DNA of 64,000 nt from Proteobacteria bacterium CG1_02_64_396 (GCA_001872725.1 MNWR01000007.1:5673-69672); one strand, 5' to 3'; positions 1-11,924 are shown, counted from the stretch's first letter. Notes: generated by a model from the letters alone, not told the origin. Numbers and translations: made by a program.

Positions 1-1
1 T

Positions 2-781
2 TGGCGCACCGCGATTACCAAAAACGAAGCAGGCGAGATCCACGTCCGCGGCTACGACGTGATGGACTTGGCCGGCAACCTCCGTTTCGGCGAGGCGATC
101 TACCTGATTCTTAAAGGTGAGCTCCCCTCCGCCGGTGAGGCTGCGATGATGGATGCGATCTTCGTCTCCATGATCGATGCCGGTATCGCTCCCCCTTCGG
201 TGGTAGCGGCCCGCACCGTGTTTTCGGGCGGCAACTCCTATAACAGTTCGGTGGCGGCGGGGATTTTGACCCTGGGTGATTACCACGGCGGCGCAATTGA
301 GCAATGCGCCAAAACCTTTGGCGAGGTGGTCGATGCCGCTCCCGAAGGGGCCGACATGAAAGATCTGGCCAAAAAGACCGTGGCGGAATTCGCCGCGATC
401 AAACGCCGTTTCCCTGGGTATGGCCACAAGATCCACAAAGAGGGTGATCCCCGGACCGTACGCCTGCTTGAGGTGGCCAAGAAACACGGTTTCGGCGGTC
501 GCTACATCGACTTTGCGACCGCAGTGGGCGATGAACTTGCGAAGAGCGGCAAACAGTTGCCCTTGAACGTCGATGGCGCCGTCGCGGCGGTTATTTGCGA
601 CATGGGATTCGATTGGCGGATGGGAAAAGCCTTCTTCCTGATTGCTCGTGTCCCTGGTCTATGTGCCCACGTCTTCGAGGAGTGGATGCGCGAAAAGCCA
701 TTTCGTCGTTTGCCATCCGATCAGCACGAGTACGATGGGACCGAAGACCGTTCCCTGCCCGAAGCGTTTGTGCGCGGCTGA
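2..781 (+). CDS. Citryl-CoA lyase / short citrate synthase-like protein, 5' truncated by window edge
   Basis: Frame is open from position 2 (WRTAITKNEAGEIHVRGYD). Motifs HGGAIE, PGYGHKIH, DPR, PLNVDGA and FLIARVPGL; size fits the Ccl-type short fold. Confidence 0.8.
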   Translation, partial: WRTAITKNEAGEIHVRGYDVMDLAGNLRFGEAIYLILKGELPSAGEAAMMDAIFVSMIDAGIAPPSVVAARTVFSGGNSYNSSVAAGILTLGDYHGGAIEQCAKTFGEVVDAAPEGADMKDLAKKTVAEFAAIKRRFPGYGHKIHKEGDPRTVRLLEVAKKHGFGGRYIDFATAVGDELAKSGKQLPLNVDGAVAAVICDMGFDWRMGKAFFLIARVPGLCAHVFEEWMREKPFRRLPSDQHEYDGTEDRSLPEAFVRG

Positions 782-808
782 TTTGAATTTCCCAGTGTTT
801 GTCTTGCG

Positions 809-837
809 TTGACCGAGACCAAGCGGAACCGCATGAT
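809..837 (+). promoter_or_regulatory. Putative sigma70 promoter of nuo operon
   Basis: TTGACC-17 nt-CATGAT in the intergenic region before nuoA. Confidence 0.45.
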
Positions 838-920
838 AGGTTCGTCCGTTCCGGGTCGCTGTAAAAGGCGCGGAAAATCTTGGTTTTGTCTGTTTCGGTT
901 GAAGATGGGGGTCCACAGGT

Positions 921-1277
921 ATGCTTGAGCTTTACCTGCCGGTATTTCTCTTTGTAATCCTCGCCACCGTGCTTGGTGTGGTGCCGATTGCCCTTTCGTA
1001 CGTCGTGGCGCCGCAAAAGCCCGACCGCGAAAAGCTTTCGCCCTACGAGTGCGGCTTCGAAGCCTTCGAGGACGCGCGGACGAAATTCGATGTGCGGTTC
1101 TATCTGATCGCCATCCTCTTCATCGTCTTCGATCTCGAAACGGCGTTCCTCTTCCCGTGGGCGGTGGTCTTCACCGACATCGGGATCTTCGGCTTCGTCG
1201 AGATGGTGCTCTTCCTGGTGATCTTGATCGTCGGCTACGCCTGGGCCTGGAAGAAGGGGGCTTTGGAATGGGAATAA
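921..1277 (+). CDS. nuoA: NADH-quinone oxidoreductase subunit A
   Basis: [21 protein letters not shown] motifs. Confidence 0.97.
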   Translation: MLELYLPVFLFVILATVLGVVPIALSYVVAPQKPDREKLSPYECGFEAFEDARTKFDVRFYLIAILFIVFDLETAFLFPWAVVFTDIGIFGFVEMVLFLVILIVGYAWAWKKGALEWE

Positions 1278-1750
1278 CTGAAGGGGTGTTTGAGCAGGGC
1301 TTTGTGACCACCACGGTCGACAAAGTCATCAATTGGGGTCGCACCAGCGCCCTTTGGCCGATGACCTTCGGTCTGGCCTGCTGCGCGGTGGAATTCATGC
1401 ACGCTGGCGCCGCTCGGTATGACTTTGATCGGTTCGGCATCATCCCCCGTCCGAGTCCTCGCCAGTCCGATGTGATGCTGGTGGCCGGTACTTTGGTCAA
1501 CAAGATGGCCCCCGCCCTGCGCCGGGTCTACGACCAGATGCCCGAGCCCCGCTGGGTGATCTCTATGGGTTCATGCGCCAACGGCGGCGGCTATTACCAC
1601 TACTCCTATTCGGTCGTTCGTGGTTGCGACCGGGTGGTTCCCGTTGATATCTACGTGCCGGGTTGCCCCCCGACGGCCGAAGCGCTGCTGTACGGTTTTA
1701 TTCAGCTGCAGCGCAAGGTCCGACGTACCGAAACGATCGCGCGCATCTGA
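1268..1750 (+). CDS. nuoB: NADH-quinone oxidoreductase subunit B
   Basis: [24 protein letters not shown]; start moved to the ATG at 1268 overlapping nuoA. Confidence 0.97.
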   Translation: MGITEGVFEQGFVTTTVDKVINWGRTSALWPMTFGLACCAVEFMHAGAARYDFDRFGIIPRPSPRQSDVMLVAGTLVNKMAPALRRVYDQMPEPRWVISMGSCANGGGYYHYSYSVVRGCDRVVPVDIYVPGCPPTAEALLYGFIQLQRKVRRTETIARI

Positions 1751-1762
1751 GGCGGAGGAGCA

Positions 1763-2314
1763 ATGGCAGATTATCAGGCCTTGGCCAAAGTGATTAAGAA
1801 TCGGTTCGGCGACGCCGTGACCGTTTCGATTCATCGTGGCGATGAACTCAATGTGGAGGTGAGCAAGGAGCAATGGGAGCCCCTTGCCCGCTTCTTGCGC
1901 GACGACCCCAGTTGCCGCTTCGAGATCCTTACCGACCTGTGCGGCGTCGATTTTCCCCAGCGCGAACAGCGCTTCGAGGTGGTCGTTCATCTGCTGTCGA
2001 TCAGCCTGAATCAGCGTATCCGTTTCAAAACCAAGGCTGGCGAATGGGATCCCGTCTCCACCCTGGTCGAGACTTGGAACAACGCCAACTGGTTTGAGCG
2101 CGAAGCCTTCGATCTGTTCGGCATTCTGTTCGAGGGCCATCCCGACTTGCGCCGTCTGCTCACCGATTACGGCTTCGAGGGGCACCCCTTGCGCAAGGAC
2201 TTCCCTCTCTCCGGCGAGGTGGAATGCCACTGGGACGAGCAGCAGCTGCGGATGGTGTACACCCCGGTTCAGATCAAGCCCCGGGAACTTCGCTTCCAGG
2301 ACTATCAGGACTGA
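1763..2314 (+). CDS. nuoC: NADH-quinone oxidoreductase subunit C
   Basis: [21 protein letters not shown]. Confidence 0.96.
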   Translation: MADYQALAKVIKNRFGDAVTVSIHRGDELNVEVSKEQWEPLARFLRDDPSCRFEILTDLCGVDFPQREQRFEVVVHLLSISLNQRIRFKTKAGEWDPVSTLVETWNNANWFEREAFDLFGILFEGHPDLRRLLTDYGFEGHPLRKDFPLSGEVECHWDEQQLRMVYTPVQIKPRELRFQDYQD

Positions 2315-2322
2315 GGTAAGCC

Positions 2323-3495
2323 ATGTCCCAGATCAAAAACTACACCCTGAACTTCGGTCCCCAGCATCCTTCGGCCCACGGGGTGCTGCGTTTGGTGCTT
2401 GAGCTCGACGGCGAGGTCGTGGTGCGCGCCGATCCTCATATCGGCTTGCTCCATCGCGGTACCGAAAAGCTCATGGAGCACAAGACCTACCTGCAAAACC
2501 TCCCCTACTTTGATCGCTTTGACTATGTCTCGATGATGGCCAACGAGCATGTCTACTGTTTGGCGGTCGAAAAGATGTTGGGGATTCAGATTCCGGAGCG
2601 GGCCTCTTACATCCGGGTCATCTACTCCGAGATCACCCGTATCCTGAACCACCTGATGTGGGTTGGCGCCCATGCGCTCGATATAGGCGCCATGGCGGTC
2701 TTCCTCTACTGCTTCCGGGAGCGTGAAACCCTGTTCGACTTCTACGAGGCGGTCAGTGGGGCGCGGATGCACGCCGCCTACTTCCGTCCCGGAGGGGTGG
2801 CCAAAGATCTTCCCGAGGGGCTGGCCGAGCGTATTTGGCAGTTCACCGAGGAATTTCCTGGCTATATCGATGAATACGATGGCCTGTTGACTGAGAACCG
2901 CATTTGGAAGCAGCGCACCGTGGGAATCGGTGTGGTTTCTAAGGAGCGGGCTTTGTCGATGGGCTTCACCGGCCCGATGCTGCGCGCTTCCGGGGTGGCT
3001 TGGGATCTGCGCAAGGATCAGCCCTACGAGGTCTACGACCGGCTCGACTTCGACATTCCGGTGACCGAGGGGGGTGACTCCTACGACCGGTACCTGATTC
3101 GCATGGAGGAGATGCGCCAGTCCAACCGCATCATTCGCCAATGCCTGGAGCAGATGAAGCCTGGCCCCGTGAAAATCGACGACCACACCATCGTTCCTCC
3201 GACCCGCGGTCGCATCAAAGAGGACATGGAGGCGCTCATCGAGCACTTCAAGCTCTACACCGAGGGGTATTCGGTGCCGGCCGGGGAGACCTACGCCGCC
3301 GTCGAACATCCCAAAGGTGAGATGGGGGTCTACATTGTGGCCGACGGGAGCAATCGCCCCTATCGGATCAAGGTGCGCAACCCCGACTTCGTCCACCTGA
3401 TGGCGACCGACGAATTGTGCCGGGGCCACATGGTGGCCGACGTAGTCACGGTCATCGGCACCCTGGACGTGGTGTTTGGATCGATCGACCGCTGA
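2323..3495 (+). CDS. nuoD: NADH-quinone oxidoreductase subunit D
   Basis: [33 protein letters not shown]. Confidence 0.97.
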   Translation: MSQIKNYTLNFGPQHPSAHGVLRLVLELDGEVVVRADPHIGLLHRGTEKLMEHKTYLQNLPYFDRFDYVSMMANEHVYCLAVEKMLGIQIPERASYIRVIYSEITRILNHLMWVGAHALDIGAMAVFLYCFRERETLFDFYEAVSGARMHAAYFRPGGVAKDLPEGLAERIWQFTEEFPGYIDEYDGLLTENRIWKQRTVGIGVVSKERALSMGFTGPMLRASGVAWDLRKDQPYEVYDRLDFDIPVTEGGDSYDRYLIRMEEMRQSNRIIRQCLEQMKPGPVKIDDHTIVPPTRGRIKEDMEALIEHFKLYTEGYSVPAGETYAAVEHPKGEMGVYIVADGSNRPYRIKVRNPDFVHLMATDELCRGHMVADVVTVIGTLDVVFGSIDR

Positions 3496-3511
3496 TCGAC
3501 TGAGGAGCGAC

Positions 3512-3985
3512 GTGGGTTCACATCAGCCGAGCCAGCATTGGCAGGGGGAGCGACTCCAACAGGCGCAAACGGTGGTCGCCCGTTTTCCCCGCCCCTCCTC
3601 TGCTGTGATCCCCCTGTTACATGAGGCTCAAGATCGGGACGGCGCCATCGGCGTCGAGGCGGTGGAGTCGATTGCCGCCCTGACCGGGGAGCGCCCCCTT
3701 GATGTGTGGGAGGTGGTGTCGTTCTACACCATGTTCCGAACCGGTGAGGTGCCCAACCATGTGCTTTCGGTTTGCACCAATATCGCCTGCTGGCTGCGCG
3801 GTGGGATCGAGCTGCACGAAGCGTTGAGCCGTGCGGTAGCCGAAGGTGTCTTGGTGGAAGAGGTGGAGTGCCTCGGGGCATGCGGCGGCGCGCCGGTTGT
3901 GGCGGTCAATGGTCGTTACGTCGAGAACGTAGCGCTGCGCGGAAGTGAAGAGGTGATGGCATGGTTGGAAGGGGAGCTCAAGTGA
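3512..3985 (+). CDS. nuoE: NADH-quinone oxidoreductase subunit E
   Basis: CTNIAC and CLGAC 2Fe-2S motifs, SFYTMF; GTG start at 3512 after GAGGAG. Confidence 0.9.
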   Translation: MGSHQPSQHWQGERLQQAQTVVARFPRPSSAVIPLLHEAQDRDGAIGVEAVESIAALTGERPLDVWEVVSFYTMFRTGEVPNHVLSVCTNIACWLRGGIELHEALSRAVAEGVLVEEVECLGACGGAPVVAVNGRYVENVALRGSEEVMAWLEGELK

Positions 3986-5262
3986 GCGATCCCCGTCCCC
4001 AACAGGTCAACGGCCTGCTGCTGCGCCATCACCGGCCCGACGTGGCGCCGACCCTGGCTGGATACCGCTCCGATGGCGGCGGGGTAGGACTAGAAAAAGC
4101 CCGCGCCATGGATCCGCGCGATGTCATCAACGAGGTCAAGACCTCGGGGCTGCGCGGTCGCGGCGGTGCTGGGTTTCCCACCGGTTTGAAATGGGGATTC
4201 ATCCCCCGGGATGGTGAAGGTCCCCGCTATGTGGTGTGCAACGCCGACGAGGGGGAGCCTGGAACCTTTAAAGACCGGGATATCCTGCGCTTCGATCCCT
4301 TCCGTTTGCTGGAGGGTCTGGCGATTGCGGGACATGCCATTGGGGCGCAGCTCGGGTTTATCTACATTCGAGGCGAATACCTGTTTGAAGCCCAGGTGGT
4401 CGGGCGAGCCATCGAAGAGGCCCGTGCGGGGGGGATGTTCGGCGAGTGTTTCGACGTGCTGATCTACCGGGGTGCCGGGGCCTACATCTGCGGTGAGGAG
4501 ACAGCGCTGCTCAATTCGTTGGAGGGCAAGAAGGGTCAGCCACGGCTTAAACCCCCCTTCCCCGCGACCAGCGGTTTGTACGGGCGACCGACCCTGGTCA
4601 ACAACGTCGAAACCCTGACCTGTTTGCCCGACATCATGGCTTTCGGGGGCGAGTGGTACGCCGGAATCGGTACTCCCAAGAACAGCGGAACCAAGATTTT
4701 TTCGTTGTCGGGCCATGTGCGTCGGCCCGGTAATTACGAGTTGCCCCTCGGAACCACTCTGCGCACCCTGGTTGAGGACTGCGGCCAGGGGGTGCTCGAC
4801 GGTCGCAACGTTCAGGCGATCATCCCCGGGGGCGGTTCGGCGCCGATGTTGACTGCCGCGCACCTTGACACCCCAATGACCTACGATGACATGACCCGCT
4901 TGGGGACCATGCTCGGGTCGGGCGGTGTGGTGGTGATCTCCGACAGCGCCTGTATTGTCGGGGCGGTGACTCGACTGGCTAAGTTCTACGCCCACGAATC
5001 GTGCGGACAGTGTGTCCCCTGCCGCGAGGGGACCGGTTGGATGGCGCGGTTGCTGGCCCGCATCGAGGCCGGTATGGGGAGCGAGGAAGACCTCGAAAAC
5101 CTAGAGCGTCTCACCGGAATGGTTCCGGGGATCACGATTTGCGCGTTGTCGGATGCGGCGGTGGGACCGGTAAAGTCGGCCCTGACCTACTTTCGTTCCG
5201 CCTTCGAGCGCCATGTGCGGGAGCATAGCTGTCCTCAGCGCCGTGCGGCGGGGGGACGGTAA
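3982..5262 (+). CDS. nuoF: NADH-quinone oxidoreductase subunit F
   Basis: GRGGAGFPTG, NADEGEPGTFKDR, YICGEET, CGQCVPCREG; GTGA overlap with nuoE stop. Confidence 0.96.
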   Translation: MSDPRPQQVNGLLLRHHRPDVAPTLAGYRSDGGGVGLEKARAMDPRDVINEVKTSGLRGRGGAGFPTGLKWGFIPRDGEGPRYVVCNADEGEPGTFKDRDILRFDPFRLLEGLAIAGHAIGAQLGFIYIRGEYLFEAQVVGRAIEEARAGGMFGECFDVLIYRGAGAYICGEETALLNSLEGKKGQPRLKPPFPATSGLYGRPTLVNNVETLTCLPDIMAFGGEWYAGIGTPKNSGTKIFSLSGHVRRPGNYELPLGTTLRTLVEDCGQGVLDGRNVQAIIPGGGSAPMLTAAHLDTPMTYDDMTRLGTMLGSGGVVVISDSACIVGAVTRLAKFYAHESCGQCVPCREGTGWMARLLARIEAGMGSEEDLENLERLTGMVPGITICALSDAAVGPVKSALTYFRSAFERHVREHSCPQRRAAGGR

Positions 5263-7367
5263 TGGCCACCATCAGTGTGAATGGCCGCGAGGTCATCGTT
5301 CGCGACGGTTTGCCGTTGATCGAGGCGTGTCGACAGGCGGGGGTGGAGCTGCCCCATTTTTGTCATCACCCCGATCTCAAACCGGCGGGTAATTGCCGGA
5401 TGTGTCTGGTGTCGGTCGACCGCATCCCGCGACCGGTGACCGCATGTTCGTTGCCGGTTTCCGATGGCATGGTGGTGAAAACCTCGACGCCCGAACTTGA
5501 AAACGCTCGGCGTGGGGTGCTGGAGCTGTTGCTCATCCACCATCCGCTCGATTGCCCGGTGTGCGATCAGGCCGGAGCCTGCCGGTTGCAGGATTACGGC
5601 ATGGGGATGGGGCCGCAGCGCACCCGGTATCACGAGGAGCGCCGCCGGGTAGCCGATAAGGATTTTGGGCCTTTGGTGGGGACCGACCTGTCGCGTTGCA
5701 TTTTGTGCGCCCGTTGCGCCCGATTTATGGATGAGATCGCCGAAAGCGACGAACTTGGCATCATCAACCGGGGAGACCGCTCCGAGTTGGTGAAAGAGAG
5801 TCCGGGCGGATTCGACAGCAACCTGTCGGGCAACATCATCGACATCTGCCCGGTGGGCGCCTTAATCGACCGCCCCAGCCGGTTCCGCGCCCTGAGTTAT
5901 CAGCTGCGTGGTCGAGAGAGCCATTGCACCCAATGCTCGTTGGGATGCCGGATCAAACCCGGGGTGTTGGAGGGGGAGATTCTGCGGGTGAGCGCCGTTC
6001 AGGCCCCGGCAATCAACGGTCATTGGATGTGCGACCGTGGGCGGTTTGCCCACCTGGGCATGAATCGGGACCGGGTCCTAACACCAAAGATCCGTGGGCG
6101 GGACGGTTGGCGAGAGACCTCCCTCGAAGAGGCGGCTCTTCATGTCGACCGCGGTCTGCGTGCCCTTGATACGGTTGGGTTGATCGGCGGCGGGCGGATG
6201 GATGTCGGCTCGGCTTGGCTGCTGCAACAGTGGATGCGTCAAGGGCTGGAATCGGGCAATCTCGATTGCCGGATTGGAAGGGGAAGCCATGAGGACGACG
6301 GCGAAGCGATCTCGCTGGGCGACTACGGGTTGCCTCTGGGATTGCCCAAAATCGAACAAGCACCTGCGATTCTGATCGTTGGCTCAGGACTTAGCCGCGA
6401 CCTGCCGATGCTCAATGATCGGGTACGACGGGCACAGAGGGCAGGGGCTTGGGTTGGTTCCTTAAGCGATGCCGCAAGTGAAACGCATATGCTCGCCGGT
6501 TTGATCGGCGCCATGCGTAGTCGGATCGGATCCGAGGCGATGGCACAGTGGGGTGAGCAATCGGGGCATCCGCCCGAGGGGTTGCCCGTCGAAGGGCAGC
6601 TGCTGGTGCTGGTGACCCGCGAGGTCGAAGCCCACCGGCAGGGTGCGTTGATTCGCCGTCTGCTCCGCTCTTGGTCTGACCGCGATGCCCAGTTGTTGGT
6701 GGGGTATCCCCATCCGGCCATGGGCCGCACCGCGGGGGTGCTGGCCGGTTTGCTCCCCTGGATGGGACCGGCAGGTCGGTTGCTGCCACGCAAGGGCAAG
6801 GGGATGGGTTTTGCCGAGATGACCCGACCCGCGCAGGAGGGGGGGGTCGAAGGTCTCGTGTTAGCGGGGGTCGACGGTTTCGGGGATGGTATCGACCCCG
6901 AATCTCTGGTTGCGATGGTGCAGTCCCGCCCGTTCACGGTGGTGTTGGCCTCCCACTGGGAGCCTTGGATGGAGCAGACTCAGGTGGTGTTGCCTTGGGC
7001 CACCCCCGAAGAAAACGGGGGGGACTTTGTCTCCATCGAGGGGCGGGGGCTTCGGCTTGATCCGGTGGTTCCTGCAAAAGGGGCCTCGCGACTCAGGGTA
7101 CTCAACGCCCTGTTCAAGGCGGGCAACCGCAAGGATTGGAGCTTGAGCGAACTGAAGAACGAAACCGAAGGGCTGCTGTTGGGGATTGGAGAGCCCATCG
7201 AGTTGGATGAATGTGCCCCCGGCCTGGGCGAGGCGACCGCCTCAGCTTTGTGGCCGGAGGTTCCAGAAGAGATTGTGGTAGGACTGGGTGGGGCGGCGCC
7301 GCTGCGCAGCCCCGAGATTCGTCGGGTCGATGTGCTGGCCGAGGCGATGCAGCGCGGTTTGATTTGA
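5262..7367 (+). CDS. nuoG: NADH-quinone oxidoreductase subunit G
   Basis: [20 protein letters not shown] and CPVGAL Fe-S motifs plus CxxCxxxC...C (N7-type); C-terminal half divergent. Confidence 0.92.
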   Translation: MATISVNGREVIVRDGLPLIEACRQAGVELPHFCHHPDLKPAGNCRMCLVSVDRIPRPVTACSLPVSDGMVVKTSTPELENARRGVLELLLIHHPLDCPVCDQAGACRLQDYGMGMGPQRTRYHEERRRVADKDFGPLVGTDLSRCILCARCARFMDEIAESDELGIINRGDRSELVKESPGGFDSNLSGNIIDICPVGALIDRPSRFRALSYQLRGRESHCTQCSLGCRIKPGVLEGEILRVSAVQAPAINGHWMCDRGRFAHLGMNRDRVLTPKIRGRDGWRETSLEEAALHVDRGLRALDTVGLIGGGRMDVGSAWLLQQWMRQGLESGNLDCRIGRGSHEDDGEAISLGDYGLPLGLPKIEQAPAILIVGSGLSRDLPMLNDRVRRAQRAGAWVGSLSDAASETHMLAGLIGAMRSRIGSEAMAQWGEQSGHPPEGLPVEGQLLVLVTREVEAHRQGALIRRLLRSWSDRDAQLLVGYPHPAMGRTAGVLAGLLPWMGPAGRLLPRKGKGMGFAEMTRPAQEGGVEGLVLAGVDGFGDGIDPESLVAMVQSRPFTVVLASHWEPWMEQTQVVLPWATPEENGGDFVSIEGRGLRLDPVVPAKGASRLRVLNALFKAGNRKDWSLSELKNETEGLLLGIGEPIELDECAPGLGEATASALWPEVPEEIVVGLGGAAPLRSPEIRRVDVLAEAMQRGLI

Positions 7368-7443
7368 CGTAGAGCCACCTATCGGCATCTGCCGATGGCA
7401 TGAATCGACAGACGAATCTGTTTCGGGCTTGAAGGAGCTATCG

Positions 7444-8490
7444 ATGTCCTACTCCGAGTTGTTCGGTAACGGCGTGTTGCCCACCATCTGGGCCATTCTG
7501 AAAATCCTCGTCGTGGCCTTGCCGATCATGGGTGTGGTTGCCTATTTGACCTTGGCCGAACGCAAGGTGATCGCCTACATGCACATCCGCTTGGGGCCGA
7601 ATCGAGTGGGGCCCAAGGGGCTGCTGCAACCGATTGCCGACGCCATCAAGCTGATTACCAAAGAGACGATCATTCCGACCTCAGCCAACCGGATCGTGTT
7701 TGTGTTGGCGCCGATCATCGCCTTGATTCCGGCCTTGATGGCTTGGGCGGTTATCCCCTTCACCGAAACCACCCTTTTTGGGTTGTTTCCTGAAAGTCGG
7801 GCCCTTTCGATTACCGATCTGAACGCTGGGGTGCTTTACGTCTTGGCTATCTCGGGGCTGGGGGTCTACGGCCTGATCATCGCCGGTTGGGCGTCAAACT
7901 CGGTGTACGCCATCTTCGGCGCCATGCGTTCGGCCGCGTTGATGATTAGTTACGAAGTTGCGATGGGTTTCACCATCATCCCGGTCATCATGCTGGCCGG
8001 TTCGATGAATCTGGTCGACATTGTCCACGCCCAACAGGGGGGGCTGCTCAATTGGTACTTCATCCCCTTGTTCCCGATGTTCATCGTCTACTTCATCTCG
8101 GTGGTGGCCGAAACCAACCGCGCCCCCTTCGACGTGGCGGAAGGCGAATCGGAGATCGTGGCCGGGTTCCACGTCGAGTACTCCGCCATGATGTTCGGCC
8201 TGTTCTTCTTGGCCGAATACGCCAACATGATCCTGGTGTCGGCGCTGGCGACGTTGCTCTTCCTGGGCGGTTGGATGCCGATCCTCGATGTCGCCCCCTT
8301 CAACCTGATACCTGGCTTCATCTGGTTTGCGTTGAAGACCGCTATGTTCCTGTTCATCTTCCTCTGGCTGCGGGCCACGTTCCCCCGCTACCGGTACGAC
8401 CAGATCATGCGTCTGGGCTGGAAGGTTTTCCTCCCGTGGTCGCTGGCCTGGATTTTCGTGACCGGCGTCGGCATCCACCTGTTCCGTTGA
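7444..8490 (+). CDS. nuoH: NADH-quinone oxidoreductase subunit H
   Basis: [28 protein letters not shown] at 7444 after GAAGGAG. Confidence 0.97.
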   Translation: MSYSELFGNGVLPTIWAILKILVVALPIMGVVAYLTLAERKVIAYMHIRLGPNRVGPKGLLQPIADAIKLITKETIIPTSANRIVFVLAPIIALIPALMAWAVIPFTETTLFGLFPESRALSITDLNAGVLYVLAISGLGVYGLIIAGWASNSVYAIFGAMRSAALMISYEVAMGFTIIPVIMLAGSMNLVDIVHAQQGGLLNWYFIPLFPMFIVYFISVVAETNRAPFDVAEGESEIVAGFHVEYSAMMFGLFFLAEYANMILVSALATLLFLGGWMPILDVAPFNLIPGFIWFALKTAMFLFIFLWLRATFPRYRYDQIMRLGWKVFLPWSLAWIFVTGVGIHLFR

Positions 8491-8503
8491 TTGGAGGACG
8501 CCG

Positions 8504-8992
8504 ATGAGCCTCTTGAACCGTTGGACCAAAACGTTCCTGATGACCGAGCTGCTGCACGGGTTGTCGATCACGGGGCGCTACTTCTTCAAAAAGAAGTTCA
8601 CGATTCAATACCCTGAGGAGCGGACCCCCCTCTCCCCCCGTTTCCGCGGCCTGCATGCCCTGCGCCGCTACGAGGATGGGGAGGAGCGTTGCATCGCCTG
8701 TAAATTGTGCGAGGCGGTCTGTCCGGCGCTGGCGATCTCGATCGAATCCGAGGAGCGGGACGACGGCAGTCGTCGTACCACCCGTTACGACATCGACCTG
8801 AACCTGTGCATCTTCTGCGGCCTGTGTCAGGAGGCCTGTCCAGTCGATGCAGTGGTCGAGACCCAGGATTTCGAATACGCCTGCGATGACCGTAAGAAGC
8901 TCTACTACACCAAGAAGATGCTGCTGGAGGTGGGTGACCGGATGGAGGCCTCCATCGCCCGCAACATCGCCCTGGATGAGCCCTACCGATGA
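8504..8992 (+). CDS. nuoI: NADH-quinone oxidoreductase subunit I
   Basis: Two CxxCxxCxxxCP ferredoxin motifs. Confidence 0.97.
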   Translation: MSLLNRWTKTFLMTELLHGLSITGRYFFKKKFTIQYPEERTPLSPRFRGLHALRRYEDGEERCIACKLCEAVCPALAISIESEERDDGSRRTTRYDIDLNLCIFCGLCQEACPVDAVVETQDFEYACDDRKKLYYTKKMLLEVGDRMEASIARNIALDEPYR

Positions 8993-9054
8993 GTCCAGTC
9001 GTTTCCGGTACCCTTTTGGCCCCTTGTCGTCACAAGGTCCGCTAAGGAGCCTGC

Positions 9055-9657
9055 ATGTTCAGCGAATATTTCTTTTATCTGTTTTCTGCGGTGATGGCCG
9101 TGTCGGGATTCATGGTGATCACCGTGCGCAACACGGTGCATGCCGTGATGTGGCTGATTGTGGTCTTCCTCAACGCAGCGGGGTTGTTCTTCCTGCTCGA
9201 ACAGGAGTTCATCGCCCTGATCCTGATCCTGGTCTACATCGGGGCGGTGGTGGTGCTGCTGCTCTTCGTGGTGATGATGCTCGACGTCAACATTTCGAAG
9301 GTGCGTGAGGGCTTCACCCACTACCTGCCCTTGGCGGTCACCTTGGGCATCTTCCTAGTGGCTGAGGTGGCGTTGGTGGTGGGCGATAGCCTGATCTCCC
9401 CCGAGGCGCTGCCCATTCCGGCCCCCAAGGGAGCCGATTATTCAAATACGACCGAGGTGGGTTTGCAGCTCTATACCACCTACCTGTTCCCCTTCGAGGT
9501 CGCCTCAGTGATCCTCCTGGTCGCCCTGATCGGCGCGGTGGTCTTAACCCACCGTCCCGCCCAAAAAGGTGCGAAGTACCAGAAGATTTCGGAACAGGTT
9601 GCGGCCGGGCCTGCGCGTCTGCGCAAGGTCTCCTCCAAGCAAAAGATCAACGCGTAA
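9055..9657 (+). CDS. nuoJ: NADH-quinone oxidoreductase subunit J
   Basis: [26 protein letters not shown]. Confidence 0.96.
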   Translation: MFSEYFFYLFSAVMAVSGFMVITVRNTVHAVMWLIVVFLNAAGLFFLLEQEFIALILILVYIGAVVVLLLFVVMMLDVNISKVREGFTHYLPLAVTLGIFLVAEVALVVGDSLISPEALPIPAPKGADYSNTTEVGLQLYTTYLFPFEVASVILLVALIGAVVLTHRPAQKGAKYQKISEQVAAGPARLRKVSSKQKINA

Positions 9658-9668
9658 GGGGAGTCATC

Positions 9669-9971
9669 ATGGCGCTGTCCAGCTATTTGTTGGTCGCGGG
9701 GGTGCTCTTCGCCATTGGGGTGATCGGCATCTTCCTGAACCGGAAAAACATCATCGTTTTGCTGATGGCCATCGAGCTGATTCTGCTGGCGGTCAACATC
9801 AATCTTGCCGCCTTCTCCCACTTCCATCAGGACGTAGTGGGCCAGATCTTCGTCTTCTTTGTGTTGGTGGTGGCGGCTGCGGAAGCGGCGATCGGCCTGG
9901 GCATCATCGTGGCGATCTTCCGGACCAAGCAGACCATCGAGATCGAACGCCTTGCCGATCTGAAGGGTTGA
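9669..9971 (+). CDS. nuoK: NADH-quinone oxidoreductase subunit K
   Basis: [16 protein letters not shown]. Confidence 0.97.
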   Translation: MALSSYLLVAGVLFAIGVIGIFLNRKNIIVLLMAIELILLAVNINLAAFSHFHQDVVGQIFVFFVLVVAAAEAAIGLGIIVAIFRTKQTIEIERLADLKG

Positions 9972-9998
9972 TCGGGCAGACCGGGAGCCAATGAGAAC

Positions 9999-11924
9999 AT
10001 GAGCCAGTCCACCCTCTATTTACTGATTCCACTGATTCCGCTGCTTGCGGGGACCATTGTGGGGCTCTTCGGATCCCTCAAGCCGGTTCTGCCTAAGGCG
10101 CTCGCCCACTGGTTGACCTGTGGCGGCATGGGGCTTTCCGCGATCCTGGCTTGGGTTGCCTTCTTCGATATCGTCGGGGGCAATCTCTTCCACGGTGTGG
10201 TCTACACCTGGGCAATCTCAGGTGACCTGCAAATCGATGTCGCCTTCCTCGCCGATCGGCTGACGGCGGTCATGCTGATTACGGTGACCACCCTATCGTT
10301 CTTCATCCACGTCTACACCATCGGCTACATGGAGAAAGACCCGGGGTACGCACGGTTCTTCAGCTACATCTCCCTGTTCACCTTCTTCATGTTGATTCTG
10401 GTGCTGGCGGATAACTTCTTGGTCTTGTTCTTCGGTTGGGAGGGGGTGGGGCTGGTCTCCTACCTGCTGATCGGATTTTGGTACAAGCGCGAAAGCGCCA
10501 ACTACGCAGCGTTTAAGGCCTTCATCGTCAACCGGGTCGGCGACTTTGGTCTGGCCTTGGGGATCATGGCGATCTACCTCTACTTTGGCACCCTGGAGTA
10601 CAGCTTCGTCTTCGAGCACGCGGCGGAGTACATCGGCTCGACGGTCAACATTCCTCTCTTCGGTGAATCCGAAATCATCACCGCAATCTGCCTACTGCTC
10701 TTTGTTGGGGCCATGGGTAAGTCGGCTCAGGTCCCCCTGCATGTTTGGCTGCCCGATTCGATGGAGGGCCCAACCCCCATCTCGGCACTGATTCATGCCG
10801 CCACCATGGTGACCGCCGGTGTGTTTTTGGTCGCCCGCTGTTCCCCGATGTTTGAACTGTCTCAGGTAGCGCTCGACACCGTGGCGGTGATCGGCGCCCT
10901 GACCGCCTTTCTGATGGCGGCCATTGGCCTGGTGCAGAACGACATCAAACGGGTCATCGCCTACTCGACCTGTTCGCAGCTCGGCTACATGTTTTTTGCG
11001 TGCGGCGTGTCGGCTTACGCAGCGGGTATCTTTCACCTGATGGCCCACGGCTTCTTCAAGGCGTTGCTCTTCTTGGGGGCCGGTTCGGTTATCCACGCCA
11101 TGAGCGACGAGCAAGACATGCGCAAGATGGGCGGCCTGCGTAAGTACATGCCATTCACCTTCTACACCTTTGCCATCGCCTCGTTGGCCCTGGCCTTCGC
11201 CCCCTCGAAAGAGGTGATCCTCGCCTCGGCTTTTTCGGCCCACACCGCCGCAGGTCAGTTCGCCTGGACCCTCGGGGTGCTGGCGGCGCTGATGACCGCC
11301 TTCTACACCTTCCGCATGCTTTTCATGACCTTCTGGGGCAGCGAGCGGATGGATGAGGAGACCAAACACCACCTGCACGAGTCACCCAAGGTCATTACCG
11401 TGCCCTTGGTGATCCTGGCGGTGGGGGCGCTCTTGGCTTTCTACTTCGGTCACGGTTTGGTTGAGGCCGACTGGTTCGGCGAGGCGATTGTGGTCGCCGC
11501 TGGTCACGAGGCGCTGGAGCACGGTCATCACCTGGCCTTCGGCTTGACCTACCTGCCCGCCCTCCTCGGGGCGATGGGGATTGCGCTGGCCTACTACATG
11601 TACGTGGTCAACACGGCGCTGCCTGGCGTCATTGCCACGGTAGCCCGTCCAGCCTACGAGCTCCTTCAGAACAAGTACTACTGGGATGAGCTGTACGTGG
11701 CGATGTTTATGGTTCCCTCGCAGCGCCTGGGGTCGTTCTTGGCCCATAAGGTGGATATGGGGGGCATCGACCGCGCGGTGGATGGCATGGCGGCATTCGT
11801 TGGGGTTTGGGCGGCGCGGCAGATGGGCCGCTTCCAAACCGGGCTGCTGTATCAGTACGCCTTCGTAATGATTCTCGGCCTGTTTGTCACCGCCAGTTAC
11901 TTTGTCTTCTTCCACCACGGCTGA
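9999..11924 (+). CDS. nuoL: NADH-quinone oxidoreductase subunit L
   Basis: FGWEGVG, GKSAQVPLHVWLPDSMEGPTPISALIHAATMV. Confidence 0.97.
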   Translation: MSQSTLYLLIPLIPLLAGTIVGLFGSLKPVLPKALAHWLTCGGMGLSAILAWVAFFDIVGGNLFHGVVYTWAISGDLQIDVAFLADRLTAVMLITVTTLSFFIHVYTIGYMEKDPGYARFFSYISLFTFFMLILVLADNFLVLFFGWEGVGLVSYLLIGFWYKRESANYAAFKAFIVNRVGDFGLALGIMAIYLYFGTLEYSFVFEHAAEYIGSTVNIPLFGESEIITAICLLLFVGAMGKSAQVPLHVWLPDSMEGPTPISALIHAATMVTAGVFLVARCSPMFELSQVALDTVAVIGALTAFLMAAIGLVQNDIKRVIAYSTCSQLGYMFFACGVSAYAAGIFHLMAHGFFKALLFLGAGSVIHAMSDEQDMRKMGGLRKYMPFTFYTFAIASLALAFAPSKEVILASAFSAHTAAGQFAWTLGVLAALMTAFYTFRMLFMTFWGSERMDEETKHHLHESPKVITVPLVILAVGALLAFYFGHGLVEADWFGEAIVVAAGHEALEHGHHLAFGLTYLPALLGAMGIALAYYMYVVNTALPGVIATVARPAYELLQNKYYWDELYVAMFMVPSQRLGSFLAHKVDMGGIDRAVDGMAAFVGVWAARQMGRFQTGLLYQYAFVMILGLFVTASYFVFFHHG

